From assembly GCA_001643675.2 (NCBI GenBank), contig LSRY02000046.1, positions 496,001 through 560,000 of the forward strand: a stretch of 64,000 nt of DNA, in the 5' to 3' direction. The translations under genes and the position numbers were made by a program. How positions within the stretch are numbered: the first letter of the stretch is position 1; each line of letters opens with the position of its first letter. A model generated the notes under the pieces. The model saw only the letters and a program-made list of their open reading frames with translations. It did not search any database and was not told the DNA's origin. Below, piece after piece: positions 37,771 to 50,648 of this stretch. The DNA is from Monocercomonoides exilis PA203 (Eukaryota > Protista > Preaxostyla).

Positions 37771-39699
37771 TGATGGGAGTGGAAGGAGAAGACGAGGGAG
37801 AACATGGCTGAGATATTGGATATGAAGAAGAAGAAAAAGAAGAAAAGAGGATCAAGAAGAAGCAGTTGAGTGTGAAGACAATCCAAAACCGATCGAAGCG
37901 CACACTCTGCCCTATGGAAGTGAGGCTATGTATGAGTCTCCGAATACACTTTTCAGCCACGGGTTCGACTTTTTGCTTTCCAGATCCGATTTGATAGAGT
38001 GCAAAAGTTAAACTTCAACTATTGACTCCTTCTTATACATCCGAGGCGCGACGATGGTGTAAAAGCCATTTGCCTTGAAGTTCTCTTCATCATTATCATC
38101 ATCCTCTTCATTCCCATTCATCTTAGACTCTTCTTCATTCACTTCACTTTCCCTCCTTCTCCCCTTGTCTTCTACCTCTTCTCCATCCTCTCCATTTTCT
38201 GCATTCTCATCCTCCTCTCCTCATCTGTCACACGCTCCGCCACTCGCTTTGCAATTATCTGCCTTTCTGATGGATTCGTCTGATAGTGTTGCAAAGATGA
38301 TGAAACTGCCTGATGGTATAGGCGGAGTTGATGTCGCACCTTCCATTCGACTCTGAAAGCTGATAATGGTGAGTGTGGAGAAGAGGGAATGAAAGAGAGA
38401 AAGCGAAATGATTAATCTTTGCCAAAAAGAGTGAGGTGGAGGAAGAGGAAGTTGAAGAAAGAGGTGGCTTTTTGAAATTATTATGTTCTATTTCAATAGA
38501 AGCACTGATGATTGAATGCTCATATTGAAGTGAACTCCCAACATTGCATTCATTAAAAGTGGAGGATGAAGGTGAAGAAGGAAAAGAAGGAAAAGATGTG
38601 GATGAATGGAAGGGATCTGAACGAAAATAAACTTGGAAATTTGAAGACGTATGAGGATGCTGATGGATATTCAATGTATTCTTTTTTTATCAATACTTAG
38701 AAAACTTTTGTGACAACAAAGAAGATAACATTTACAGCTCTTATTTTTTCCTCCCAGACTTTTTCAACGCGTTTTTCTTGTGGAAAAAGAAGAGGAAGAG
38801 TATCTTCTTCAATGTATAGCCCAGACTGTTGCTCAGGTTCAGCAAACGAGTCATACAAATCATCTCCAACAATGAGAACGATTTATTTATTTATTTATTT
38901 ATTTTTGTTATTTTTTTTGAATAAATTTGTTTTATAATTCTGAAGAGATGGAAATGGTTTATTATGTTTCTTTTTTATCAAACACATATAAACTTATTCT
39001 TTATCTTCGCCTTCATTTGTTGTTTTAATAATTCCATTTTTCTCTTTATCAACAAGTTTAATTTCAAACGTTTATTCTATTTTTAGTTTTGGAGAAAAAA
39101 GTTGAAATTGAATCTTTTGATTGAAAATTGAATTCAGTCGATAAAAAAACAGAAAATGTTATGAAGAGAGAAGATACCATTTTTGCATTTGAGAAGATAA
39201 TTGATAATTGAATAGATGAATTGTGAAATAAAAAAAATTTTTCAAAATTATTGTGTTATATCAAAATAACATATCCAAATTTCAATTTTTTTAAAAAAAA
39301 TTTCTCAATTGCACAAAAATTGTGCAATTCATCTTATATAAGTTTTTCAATGAAAAATTTCAAAAGAGATAAATCATTTTCAGAAGATTTCATAATGATA
39401 AATTACATGAAAGTTATCTTTTATTTAATAATCATTTCACTGTTTCAAAAAAGGAAAAGAAGTCTTTCAAGAAATACATTTTTGATAATATCAAATGATA
39501 TATAAAAAGTGTATTGAAATATTCGAATAGTAATATTTGAATCGTTTTTGTTTTCTCTCACATTAACATAATACTTCAAAGCACTCGTAATTTATTTCTT
39601 CAACATTTGTTTGGAATTAAAGTTAATGTGTTGTGAAAGCTTGCAATAAAATTATTGAATTTTTTCCCCAACCTTTCAAATGTTTTCTTTTTCAATTTT

Positions 39700-40340
39700 T
39701 TTCTTTTCGCTCCTTCCTTTTCATCATCCTCCTCATCTTTCGATTTCTTTGAAACATTTATTTAAAATACAAAACTTTCATATGCCACCCCGTAATTCAA
39801 TGTTGGTTGATAAATCTCTTCGAAGATGAGACTCACAGCTCCTCTTTTCAGCAAGTCTTCAACTTTCACATTTCTGTTATTCACAGAATAACTAAATGAT
39901 TCAACGCATTGGCTGCAAATGTCACTGTAATTATCCTTTGCTGATCGAAATACCAGCACAATGCTTTCGGCAAGCACAAAATACTCTTCATTCCGCAATA
40001 TGTTTGTGTATAAGAACTAAAAAAATTCATTGAATCATCTCTCGATAACAAGCTCTTCTTTCGTTTCTTTTCCCATTTCCTCTTCTTTCTCTCTCTTCCA
40101 ACTCACACAATTTGTCGGCTTTACCAATTCTCTTCTTGCTTCTTTCAGAAAATGCAGTTTGTTTCCAATAACTTCTTCCAAGCTTTTGTCAGTGCTAATC
40201 TGTCTGTCAAAAATTCCCAAGCAGATTGATATGCCAATCGAGTCAGATTTCTATGCTCCTGATGATGCAGGATTATTTCGATAATTTCATTCAAATACTG
40301 TTCTCTTTTAATTTTCTTACAAAAATCGGAAAAAATCAAT
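39700..40340 (-). pseudogene. Degraded fragment of a lineage-specific multicopy helical-repeat protein family
   Basis: Frameshifted pieces EIILHHQEHRNLTRLAYQSAWEFL / DKSLEEVIGNKLHFLKEARREL...ETKEELVIER / NEEY...VFRSAKDN...VKVEDLLKRGAV resemble, from memory, a highly expanded Monocercomonoides hypothetical family. Confidence 0.65.
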
Positions 40341-41125
40341 AATATTAAAAGTTAAATAGCAATGCTCATACGTAACTCCCAAAATTGCTCAAAGCTAAAA
40401 AAGTCATTTCTAATTCTTTTTGAGTCTCTTAGCGATGCTCTTTGTTAAAGGAAATTCATAGCCTATTCTTTGTGTTTTGTGCATAATCATTTCAATCATC
40501 CAATTTAGAAAACAATTCTGAAATGTTTTAAATATAGAGAAGAAATGAAATAAACAAGAATTCAAAAAAGAAGCAATCGCAAACAAGTGTGATTTTCAAT
40601 TACAGATTTCTCCTGCATGCTTGCAAAAATAAATCATCTTTTAAAATGAACATTTTCATCATTAATATTGAATGAGCGAATCTTTGGATATAAGAAATTT
40701 GAGAAAAAAATAATAACTTAAAAAAGCACAAAACTTTCTCTGCACTTTCACTTGCTTTGAGTATTGGATATAATAAATAAGGTGTTTAAATGAAATATTT
40801 TATTTATTTATTTATTTGTGATATTATGGTTTTTTAATGAACTTTTTTTCATCACAAATTAATGCTAAAGATTTTTGGCCAATGAAAATGTTTCATTCAA
40901 ATTAATTAATTTATACTAATTTATAATTTTGATTCAATTTCTTTTCATTTCTTTCCATTTAATACTTTGCTTTAAACTTGATTTAAACGTATTTTTTTAT
41001 CATCATGTAACTAAAAGCAAATTTTAAGACTTTTTTAATTATTAATACATGTATTTCATATATTGTGTGTCTTTCATTAAGTCAAAATTTGAATAGTTTC
41101 GAAGTCGAAAAATTTTATTGAATAA

Positions 41126-41586
41126 TTATGATTTCAAAAAAATTGTGCCATATTCATACCAGATAAATCATTGACACAATGAAGATATTGTCAATTTTTA
41201 TCATCAATTTTGACAAAGAAAGAAACTTTAATTTTTTCAATTATTGAATTATGATAAATAAACTATTTTCGTTTTGAAGCCCTAATATTTTTAAAATGAA
41301 GTTTGAATGAAATTTCTTTTAGGGTAAACCCTTATTCATGGAGTTCTGTTGTCAAAATAAGTTAGTGGGAAAAAAAACCAAAAAGAAAACTTGATTTAAT
41401 TTAATGATGGGATGGATCAAAGATTTTTATCTCTTTAAGATTTTTTTTCGTTGGTTGATAATATAATTTTTGAATAGAATTTTACGACTGACCTTATCAA
41501 ATGAGCGCGTTAAGCTCGGTTTCAATACAGTTTTTGATATTTTCTAGAAAAAAAAAATCATTACTGGCCGTATAATCCCCTTTTGC
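41126..41586 (-). repeat. Degenerate repeat copy, inverted relative to 26481-26563
   Basis: The same two matching blocks in collinear inverted order, here about 410 nt apart versus about 30 nt at the 26.5-kb copy. Confidence 0.55.
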
Positions 41587-42338
41587 CAATTTGATAAATG
41601 TTTTTGAAATAGAATGATTTTGCAGTGAAATAATTTTTCGGAGCGTTGATAATAACAAGGTGTCTGATCATTGGAAATTCTAATCTTTTTCAAACGAGAG
41701 GTTAAATATTTTCTTTTTTGGACAAATCCATGATTTGTTCCAAACATTTTTCTTTCATTTTAAAGAAGGAAAACATAAATGTTTTCATCATAACATTTAT
41801 TAGATGTTGAAAATTCTCTTTATAAATAAACAAACAAGAAAATGTGAAGTTGAACAAAATTCTGAAAGCAACAAATTTCATTTCAAGTATTCTATGGGTT
41901 ATTATGCAAAAGAAAGAAACTTTTCCCAAAAAATTTTCAATTGCAACTTTTTGTTGTTTGTTTGCAAACGAGCACTGGAAAGTGATAAATACACTAAAAG
42001 ACATGTTTTTTCTTTCTTTCAAATCTGACTCTCACCTTTTTAATAACTGAAATGAGTTAATCATTTTCAGGAAAAATAATTTTGCACATGATAAAAATGT
42101 TGAAGTGATTAACACATTGAAAAAAGTTATGGTATCAAAAACAATCACTCACACGCATTTCAATGATAACTGAAATATTTGATGGAAAAAAAAAAAAAAA
42201 AAAAAAAAAAACGAAATGAGTTCCGATTCTTTATTATTTTTAATCTTTGAAATTGTTGTCAAAAAAATATATATGAATTAAAAAGAATTTAAGTTTTCAA
42301 ATGGGGAAAAGTGTGACACTTCAGGCATTTTCATTAAA

Positions 42339-42562
42339 AAATGATGTGGCTGATCCTTCATGAAATCAAGCTTTCCTTCGAGTTTTGATCAAAGTTTTGT
42401 CCTCAATGGGATTTTGAAAAAATGAGTTGAAATTGGGAACATTTATTATGAGTGATATTGCTATTGAAAAAACAAAATTTGACACAAATATCATTGAGAT
42501 TAATTTTTTGATCAAATCTCGAACAAAAGTGTGATTTCAAAAAGGATCAGCCATGTTCATTT
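42339..42562. mobile_element. MITE-like ~225-bp inverted-repeat (foldback) element
   Basis: 42347-42393 matches the reverse complement of 42507-42553 at 40/47 (TGGCTGATCCTT..TGAAATCA..CTTT..TTCGAG.TTTGATCAAA). An extra CTCAATG/CATTGAG match lies further inside. Non-coding. Confidence 0.6.
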
Positions 42563-43233
42563 CATAAAGAATTTTTGAACAAAAAAACATATTTTAAATA
42601 GGCTCATTTTTTGAAATACAAGTGAGGTCACAAAACATTTTGTATTGATATCAAAGACGCCTGTTTGCGGATATGAAAATCCGATTTATTTAAAAAACCT
42701 GAGAAAGATAAAAAAAGTTATGAGCGAAACATTATTTAATGCTTTGTACAAAAAAAAGCTTGTTAGTCCGTATTTTCCCCCAAATAAGAAAATCCAATTT
42801 TTTTTGCAACAAAATTGTCAAAAGTGATATTGAAAGGTTTTTAAGAATAATTTTCAGATGAAAAAGAAAATGTCAAATTTTCTTCAAAATTTCATTTTCA
42901 CAGGAAAATAATTCAAATGAACTTTTCAAAAATATTTAAGACAAATGTTCTTTTCTCAAAAAATTTTATAGAGAATAGAATTTACAAAAACTTTGTTAAA
43001 GATGATGTTTTTTATATTTTTTATTATTGTTTTCATCATATTCTATCAATTAATTTTGAAATGAAAAATACACTGTTTTGTTTTCAAATTTATTAGGAAA
43101 ATCATTTTTGATACACTTTTATGTCAAAAATGAATTATTCACAAAACACTTGCAACAAATTTCACATTTATCAGCAAATAATTTTCTGATGTTGTTGTAG
43201 TAAGAGTGAAAAAATAACTTTCACTAATTTGTC

Positions 43234-46200
43234 TCAAATTTCTTCAAGTTTTGTGATCCACCCATTGAAATTAAGTCTATCCAGCAAGTCTTTAAGCATC
43301 GGATGTGCAATTTCAATTGATGAGACATTCTGAGAAACATTCTCTTTCGATGCATTCGAAGTGAAGTGAGCAGATGAAGTGGACTGAAATGAAGGAGATT
43401 GCGAGAGAGAAGATAAACTTGACGAAGATGTTTGTTGTTTGACAGAGAGATTGAAAGAACTGCAGATGGCGGAGATGAGGCGATAGAAAAGTTGGAGCTG
43501 GTGAATAAAAGATGATACAATCGGACGAATCCGATTGAGAAGACGAGAAAATGCTTGAAGTGTGTGTGTGGATGGAGAAGCAATAGACGAAGGAAAGCGC
43601 GAGGAACGCTCAGAAAGAGTAGTTGATTGTGATGTGAAGGAAAGAGAAGCAGTCATAAAGGGATCTGAAAGCTGTGAAAGACTCGATGTGCTCTGCAAAT
43701 ACTGCGAGCCATCCTTAAGGCCAATCTGAGTGCCTCCTTTTATCCACCGCTTCTTCTCTTCTTCTCTCAGCGCATCGTTTGCTCTGTCCTTTTGAAACAC
43801 AGACGCATCGAATTCTGCCAGGGCACTCACAAACTGCTCGCTGCAGTCGATCAGAGAGGAGATGCTGCGAGAAACAGAAGGAGAGCTCAGAAAGAGCTGC
43901 GTTTGAATCTTCATCAGTCCCTTTTCGTGGGAAAACATAACAGAGAGAAAATCAAGTGATGAAGAAGATTGACTGTCTGAATCTGTTTCTGTTCTATAAT
44001 CTGACTCTGGGTGAGATGAAGGAACGCGTGATGGTGTTGAAAAAGGGGAATATGAAGGAGAAGAAGATGGAGAAGAACGAAAAGAAGTAGTTAAAATTGA
44101 TGACGATGAACGCCTCAACGGTGTAGGAGTGAATGTGTGATCGTAATCTATTTCCATTGCACTTTCATCTTTTTTAATTATTCCTCCCTTTTTCTCGCTT
44201 TCTTCGACATCTCCACCACTTTCACGCTCCAAAAGTTCATCCACTGCATTCTTCCTCTGGTTCGCAGGAAACATTTCATTCTGCATCGCCTGACATATGT
44301 TTCCAATGACTCCCTCCGAAAAGTATACAGAAAGATTGTTCAGCACAAAACTGAGCAAAGAATGAGCCCGCGAGACTTCAGCCAGCACAGCCTTCCGCGT
44401 CTTCTCCATCGCCTCGTCACGCGCCAGCAGCTCCGCATCGAAAAACACATTCTTTTCTTTCATCTTGTCTCGTTGCAGTTTGGTCTGTTCCACTTTTGAC
44501 GAAGGCTTTGCGAACAGCCGCACTTTCTCTGTCCACACTCGACGCAGATTGAGTCTGGCTTTTGAGAGACAGAACAGAAAGCGAAATGCTGTTGAGTAAA
44601 TAGACAGAGCAGATGGCGTGAAGAACAGAGAAAGAGGAAAAGGCGGAGTGAATGAAAGCGTGATGGCGTTGAACGAGCGGAGGCAGGGCGGAATGGAAGG
44701 CAAAAGGAAAGTTGACTGTTTTTGTTTCGCGGACTGTGGCTGTGAAACGGAGCGATTGGTGTTTGTTTGCGAAAAAACAGATGCGATAAGAACTGGTGCA
44801 AAAAGGGAATGAGGGATTAGAGTCTGTTTAGGAGTTGAATGAAACGAATGATTGCGTAGCGTGATTGTACTATCCATTTTGGATCTCGACCTTATCGTGT
44901 CGCCTTTCCAATCTTCAAAGAAGACCACATTCTGCCGAGTGTTATCGTCATTGCTATCTAAATCATCTTCATCGTTGTCTTCCTCCTCCTCCTCTTCTTC
45001 ATCGAATTCTCCATCTTCTCCTTTCCATTCTTCTCTTCCTTTCTTGTTTCGCACAGCAAGTTCGTCCATCCCGCACATTCCAACAGCACTGCTCCAGCAC
45101 ATTTCCAGGCAATCAACTAATTCTCTTCTTTTTTTCTGTGTTAGTTCTGCATTCTGTCGAGCTTCTCGTCTTTTTGCCAAACTTTCTGGATCTTCTTTAT
45201 TCTGAGCATTCAAAATTTTGTCCATTCCATCTTTTTCTTTGATCTTTTCTTCTTCTTCCTTTCTCTCTCTTTCTCTCAGCGCAGCTTCTCTTTGACTCTG
45301 CCTCAAAAACAGCGTTTCCCACTGGTTCTTATCGAGCGCCTCGAAGAATGCAGCAAAAAGGGCGCCTTTTCTGAGGAAGAAGAAGTCCCAAGCGGCGCTG
45401 AACAGATCCTGGAGCGGGGTGTGGAGCAGCATTGCACCGCACAGCTGGTGCGAGACGTGCTGTTGCAGCTGCGAGATGCGCGCAGAAAAAAGCGCCGATG
45501 GAAAGACGAGCGGAGGAATCGATGCTGGATCAAGCGATGCAAAAGAGGAGATTGACGGGCTGAATGAGTGGATGTGTGTGTGTGATGAGGGAAGTGTTGA
45601 GAAAGTGCTTTGATTTGCGCTTTGTTCGGATGAAGTTGAAGTAAATGGGTTGCCTTCATCTCTGTTTTCACCTTGTTCTGCTTTTTCGTTGTCTGTTTGT
45701 TCTGCTTTTTCGTTGTCTGTTTGTTCTGGAGCACATTCTGCTGATGTGGCAGGTGGAGACTCAATGTTCTGACCAATTGATTCTGGGAGCGCAGCAAATG
45801 CTTGAGTCAATGAATCTATTTCTGCGAAACTGACTAGAAATTCTGATTTAATCTTTGACTTTCCTGCAGTTTCAGAGTAATAACTTTTCAACAAAATATC
45901 TGAGTTGACTGTGTCTTTTCCTGAAATGTGATTGAATCCCTGTTCCTTTTTTCTTTTCATTTTTTTCAATTCCGCTTTTGCTAAATATCTCTTCAATTTC
46001 GTTTCTTCAAGTTCCTTCAATATCATCTGTGCTTGACCAATGAATAACAACTCATCAGCAGTTTTTATACTGATATATGAAGGGAGGTAATCCAATGCAA
46101 GGCGGAAGGAAGAAAATGAATGATGGTGACAACGAGAATCCCCATGCGTTACATTTGTGGGCACTATAAAAAATTCTTGGAAAGGATCTGCATCTCGTGA

Positions 46201-46779
46201 GTTTTCTGGCCAGTTTCCGCTGCACCATCTCGCAATGAGATGCATCAAAACATTATTCACACTTCGAAAAACAGGTAATAATGCCAGCTTCGAGATAAGA
46301 GTTTCCGTTTCAAGCAAATTGTGAATGGTAGAAAGAATGGATGCTCCTGTTATATGCCTTTCTTCTATTGAAAACAACAATTTTTGAACAGAAGAAAAAA
46401 TATTTTGATACTAAATGATGCATTTGTTAATATAAAAAACACTATATTAAAAAGTTTTTTTAATGCTTAGCAATACCTCATCCAATGCGATTGACAAATA
46501 TTCATTCGGATTTTCAATTTGTTCTTCTTTTATTTTATGCTGAAAGAGAATAAATGTCTGACGAAAATGAAAGATTTGCTTGATAAAAATTCTTTAATGA
46601 TTATTACACACATATCTGTATGGTTCCAATATATGTGTTTCAACAGCTGAACAAAGAGCTCCAATAAACAATCCAGGTGGATTATCATCACCAAAATGTT
46701 CCTTTGTGTTCTTTTTCCTATCTAAATAACTTACAATGCTATTGTATAATGCACTCAACTTATCGAAAGTCGCTTCCAT
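43234..46779 (-). CDS. TUBGCP4: Gamma-tubulin complex component (Spc97/Spc98 family), GCP4-like
   Basis: Motifs GLFIGALCSAV, LPSYISIKTADELLFIG, FFFLRKGALF, FPLSLFFTPSALSIYSTAFRFLF, FVLNNLSVYF and LLDRLNFN. Two short 5' exons precede the 1048-aa ORF; start codon uncertain. Confidence 0.8.
45673..45728. repeat. Perfect 24-nt tandem duplication within GCP4 (EQTDNEKA x2)
   Basis: ttgttctgctttttcgttgtctgt occurs twice plus a partial third copy. Confidence 0.9.
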
Positions 46780-46848
46780 CTTTCACAAAATTTTAAAATA
46801 CAAAATGTAACTTAAATAGGATCATTGTTGCCATATCTTTTTATTCCA
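46780..46848. promoter_or_regulatory. Putative very compact bidirectional promoter
   Basis: 69 nt separate the divergent ATGs of GCP4 (46779) and MRD1 (46849). Confidence 0.45.
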
Positions 46849-49800
46849 ATGAGTCGAGTTATTGTGAAGGGCCTACCAACATATTTGAAAGACGATGATC
46901 TTGCAAAGCATTTTGCATCTTTCGCAAAAGTTACGGATGCTAAAATAAAACGGGATTCGTATGACAAAATTTTCAATGTGGTGAGTATTTCATGATTAAA
47001 ATATCTTTATTTATTTGCTTAGTACTGGAAAATCTAGACGATTTGGATTCGTTGGATTTAAAGATGAAAAAACAGCTCAAGAGGCAGTAGATCATTTTAA
47101 TCGAACTTATTTGAATACCTCTCAAATAACACTTGAAATAGCAAAGCCTGTTTGTTTTATTAATTTTGCTCTTGTTCACAGATAGTTTTTTATAATTTTA
47201 GCTGGGAGACCCATCCATTCCTCTACCAAAAAATGATAAATCCGCAAGAAGAAAGAAATATTTTGAAGAAAAGGTTTACAAAATATTAATTAACTCAACT
47301 TTTTAACAATGTAAATTCAGAATCAAATTAGAGCGCAAATATTTCAACAAAGAAGCGCAGAGCTGAATGAAAAGCAAAAGGAATTAATTGAATCTATTAA
47401 ACGTCTTCGAGGAAAAAGTAGTGGCTCTGGAGATAAAACTTCTGAAAAAAGCTCAGCAGAACAGGCATTAAAAAAAGGTATTTTTATAACTTCACTTTCA
47501 CTTTAATTATTATCCTTGCATTCTTATTTTTTAAATCAATTTAAGCTTATTCAAAATCAAGCTCAGGAGCAGTCTGGATGAATGATGAAGAAGGGGAAGG
47601 GATTCATGGTGAAGAGGATGAACAAATAAAAGCTCAAAGGAAAAAAAGAGGAAAAGAAAAGCAAAATTCTTTAAAGGGAAGTGTTGACGAAGGAGTGGTT
47701 TTTGACGATGATGATGACAGTGACGATGATAGCGATATATTTGATCCTGAAGAAGCTTCAAAAAAAGATGATGATATCAAAATTAAGAAAGTGAAAATAA
47801 CAAAACAAAAAACAGACAAAGAAGAAGACGAAGACGAGGAAGATGAGGATGAGGAAGATTCCGATAGTGATAAACAAAATAAAGAGAATGAAATGTTTAA
47901 CGATGAAGATATCATGGAAGAAGAAGAAGAAGAAAAAGCAAAAAGCAATAAAAAAGACAAAAGTGAAGCATCGTCAGCAAAGACTACCAAACAAACACCC
48001 AATGCCAAGTCAAATGCTTCCACCTCTTCCTCAAGTTCTTCCGCTGGACAATCACGCCAGCCAAAAGTGAAGAGTGTGATGCCCCGTGCGAAGAAAGAGC
48101 GGATGGTGAATGCTGCAGACGCTGATGTCTCTCTTGTGCTGGACACATCAAGGCTGCTGCTGACAAACCTGCCATATTCTGTCACCGAAGACAGCCTGCA
48201 CACATTCATCATTGCCAAAATGAAGGGGAAAGAAGGGGCGGGTGACTTCGGCGGACTGACGGAGATTAAGTTGATCAAAAACCCGCTGAAGAAATACGAG
48301 TCGCTTGGAAGAGCGTTTATCACTTTTTCAAAGCCAATTGATGCGCTGAGGGTGTGCTGCTCTTCTTTATTTGAAAGAGAAATGATTCTTGAAAATATTG
48401 ATTTTTATCTTTTTTATGATTAATTTTAAATGTCTTTTTAATGATCTCAATCTCACAATCGATATTTATTCATTTTTATATCACATCATTTCCGCATTCA
48501 ATCCAGGCCTTCCAAAAACTCGACGATTGCATCTTTGAAGGCAGGCTGCTGCACGTAATGCCAGCAGAAGCCCCACCATCAGCATCTCCCCAGTCCTCAT
48601 CAACCAACCCATCGCCATATGCTTCCTCCTCCACCTCCTCTTCTTCTTCATTTGACGGAGCAGCTGGAGAAACATTCAAGCAGAAGCGCTTGAAGCAGCT
48701 GAGAGAGCGGTCGATGGACGCAATCACGTGGAACTCGCTGTTTGTGCGCCCAGAGGCAGCAGCAGCAGTGGTCGGGCGGCTGCACGGGATGAAGAAAGAA
48801 GACGTGCTGGGCATTAAGAAGCTGATGGGTGTGGACGATGAGAGCGACAATGGAGACGGCAGCGGAGGGAGTGGGGGAAAGAGAGGAAAGGGTGCAATGG
48901 ACAGCGAGGCAGGCACAGCCAGCAGGCTGGCGCTGGCAGAAGCAGAGGTTGTGAACGAGACCAGAGACTATCTGCTCAGAGAAGGCATAGAGCTGACACA
49001 AGACGATCTGCTTCAGATTGCACAGACTGCACAGAAAGCTGACGAAGCACAGAGGAACAAGAAGAAATCTGCAGCTTCTTCTTCAGCCACTGCCAACCGT
49101 CTGACCGTCCCCAGGTCCACAAAAATGCTCCTCATCAAAAACTTGTCTGCCGATACGGATGCGAAGGAGCTGGAGAGGATGGTTACAGCTGCAGCAAACG
49201 CTAAGCCCATAAGATTTGTGTTCCCTCCATCGAAGATCATGTGTGTTGTGGAGTTTGAAGGAGACGAGGAAGCGCGCAAATGCTTCAGAAAACTAGCGTT
49301 CAAAAGGTATCTCGATATGCCGCTGTATCTCGAGTGGGCACCGCTGCCGATGGAAGGGAGAGGGAAGAAGGCAGCAGAGGCAGCGAAAAGCGCAGCGGAT
49401 GTGGCAGGCAAAACAAAAGGAGAAGGAGAAGGAGGAGAAGAGGAGCTGCGTGTGACAAGCGGGAGGACGCTGTTTTTGAAGGGCATTCCGTTTGATGTGG
49501 ATGAGGAAGGGCTGCAAGAAGTACTGAGGGAGAAGAAGACAAAGCCAGTTGTGATAACAATTCCCAGAAGACACAAGCCAAAGAAGAAGAAGAAGTTGGG
49601 AGACGAAGAGGAAGAAGAAGAAGAGCAGCCAGAAGAAGGGAAAGAGAAGGGAGTTTCGCTGGGATTTGCGTTTGTGGAGTTCAAAACGTCTGAAGATGCG
49701 CTGAATGCGCTGACTGTTCTGAAGGACAAGCTGGTGATGGAAGGGAGAGTTGTGTCTGTCGAGTTCTCAAAAGCGAACAAGCCTTCTGCTGCACCTGTGT

Positions 49801-50408
49801 TGGCTCCTCCGTCTGCTGCTTCTGCTGCACTTGGAGGAGACAGCGAAGAAAAGAAAGCGAAGCTCAGAGAGGCAGGAAAGTTGGAAGAAGAAGAAGAAGA
49901 AGAAAGTTGGGGTAAAAAGAAAGGAACAAATGAGTTTGGCGACGAATTCATCTCTCTGGATGCACCTGCTCCGTCGTCTTCGCGCCTGTCCCCGCCAAAG
50001 ACGAAGCTGCTTGTCAAAAACTTGCCTTTTCAAGCGACTTCGAAGGACGTGCGCGAGCTGTTTTCTGCAGTTGGCCACATTTCCTCGCTCCGCCTGCCGA
50101 AGAAGCCCGACAACACGATCAGAGGCTTTGCCTTTGTGGAGTTCAGCAGCGAGGAGGAGGCGAAGCAGGCGATGCGGCAGCTGGGGAATGTGCATCTGTA
50201 TGGGAGGCATTTGGTGCTGGAGTGGGCAAACGAGGACGACAGCATCGCGCAGATACAGGAAAAGACTCAGAGGTATTACGAGGCAGCTATGGATGCAGCA
50301 AACGAGGAAGGAAGGAAAAAGAAAAAAATAACAAAAGGGAAATTCCTTTCAGGAGGTTCTGTGCAAGAAGAAGGAACGAGTAAGAGGAGAAAAATTGATG
50401 AAGAATGA
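46849..50408 (+). CDS. MRD1: Multiple-RRM pre-rRNA processing protein Mrd1/RBM19; multi-exon
   Basis: MSRVIVKGLP...VTDAKIKRDS|TGKSRRFGFVGFK...FNRTY (intron 46959-47022), then FEGRLLHVMPA, WNSLF, RLALAEAEVVNET, LAFKRYLDMPLYLEWAP and TKLLVKNLPFQAT...RGFAFVEF...HLYGRHLVLEWA. Confidence 0.93.
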
Positions 50409-50648
50409 ACATTTTATTTATATGTATTTATGAATAGTTCAAATTACGATTTTTCTCGAAATATGAACATTGAAAAAAAACTTTTTCTCATTTCATCATT
50501 TCACTTTGGTTAGGAACATTATAAAATAATAATTGATAATAGCTTAGTATATGTGTTTGAGTTTTAGAACTTGTTTGAATGTTTTGCTGAAAGTGAAAAT
50601 ATTAAAAAGGAAAATGGAATGAAAATTTTATTATGACAAAAGATCAAA

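Larger units (their letters stand above)
35117..38890 (-). pseudogene. Frameshifted / stop-interrupted low-complexity hypothetical gene
   Basis: Consecutive minus-strand ORFs (38674-38255, 37960-36986, 36916-36242, 36222-35635, 35641-35117) look coding but hand over by frameshifts or stops, not splice sites. Rich in poly-S and poly-E/K. Confidence 0.5.
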
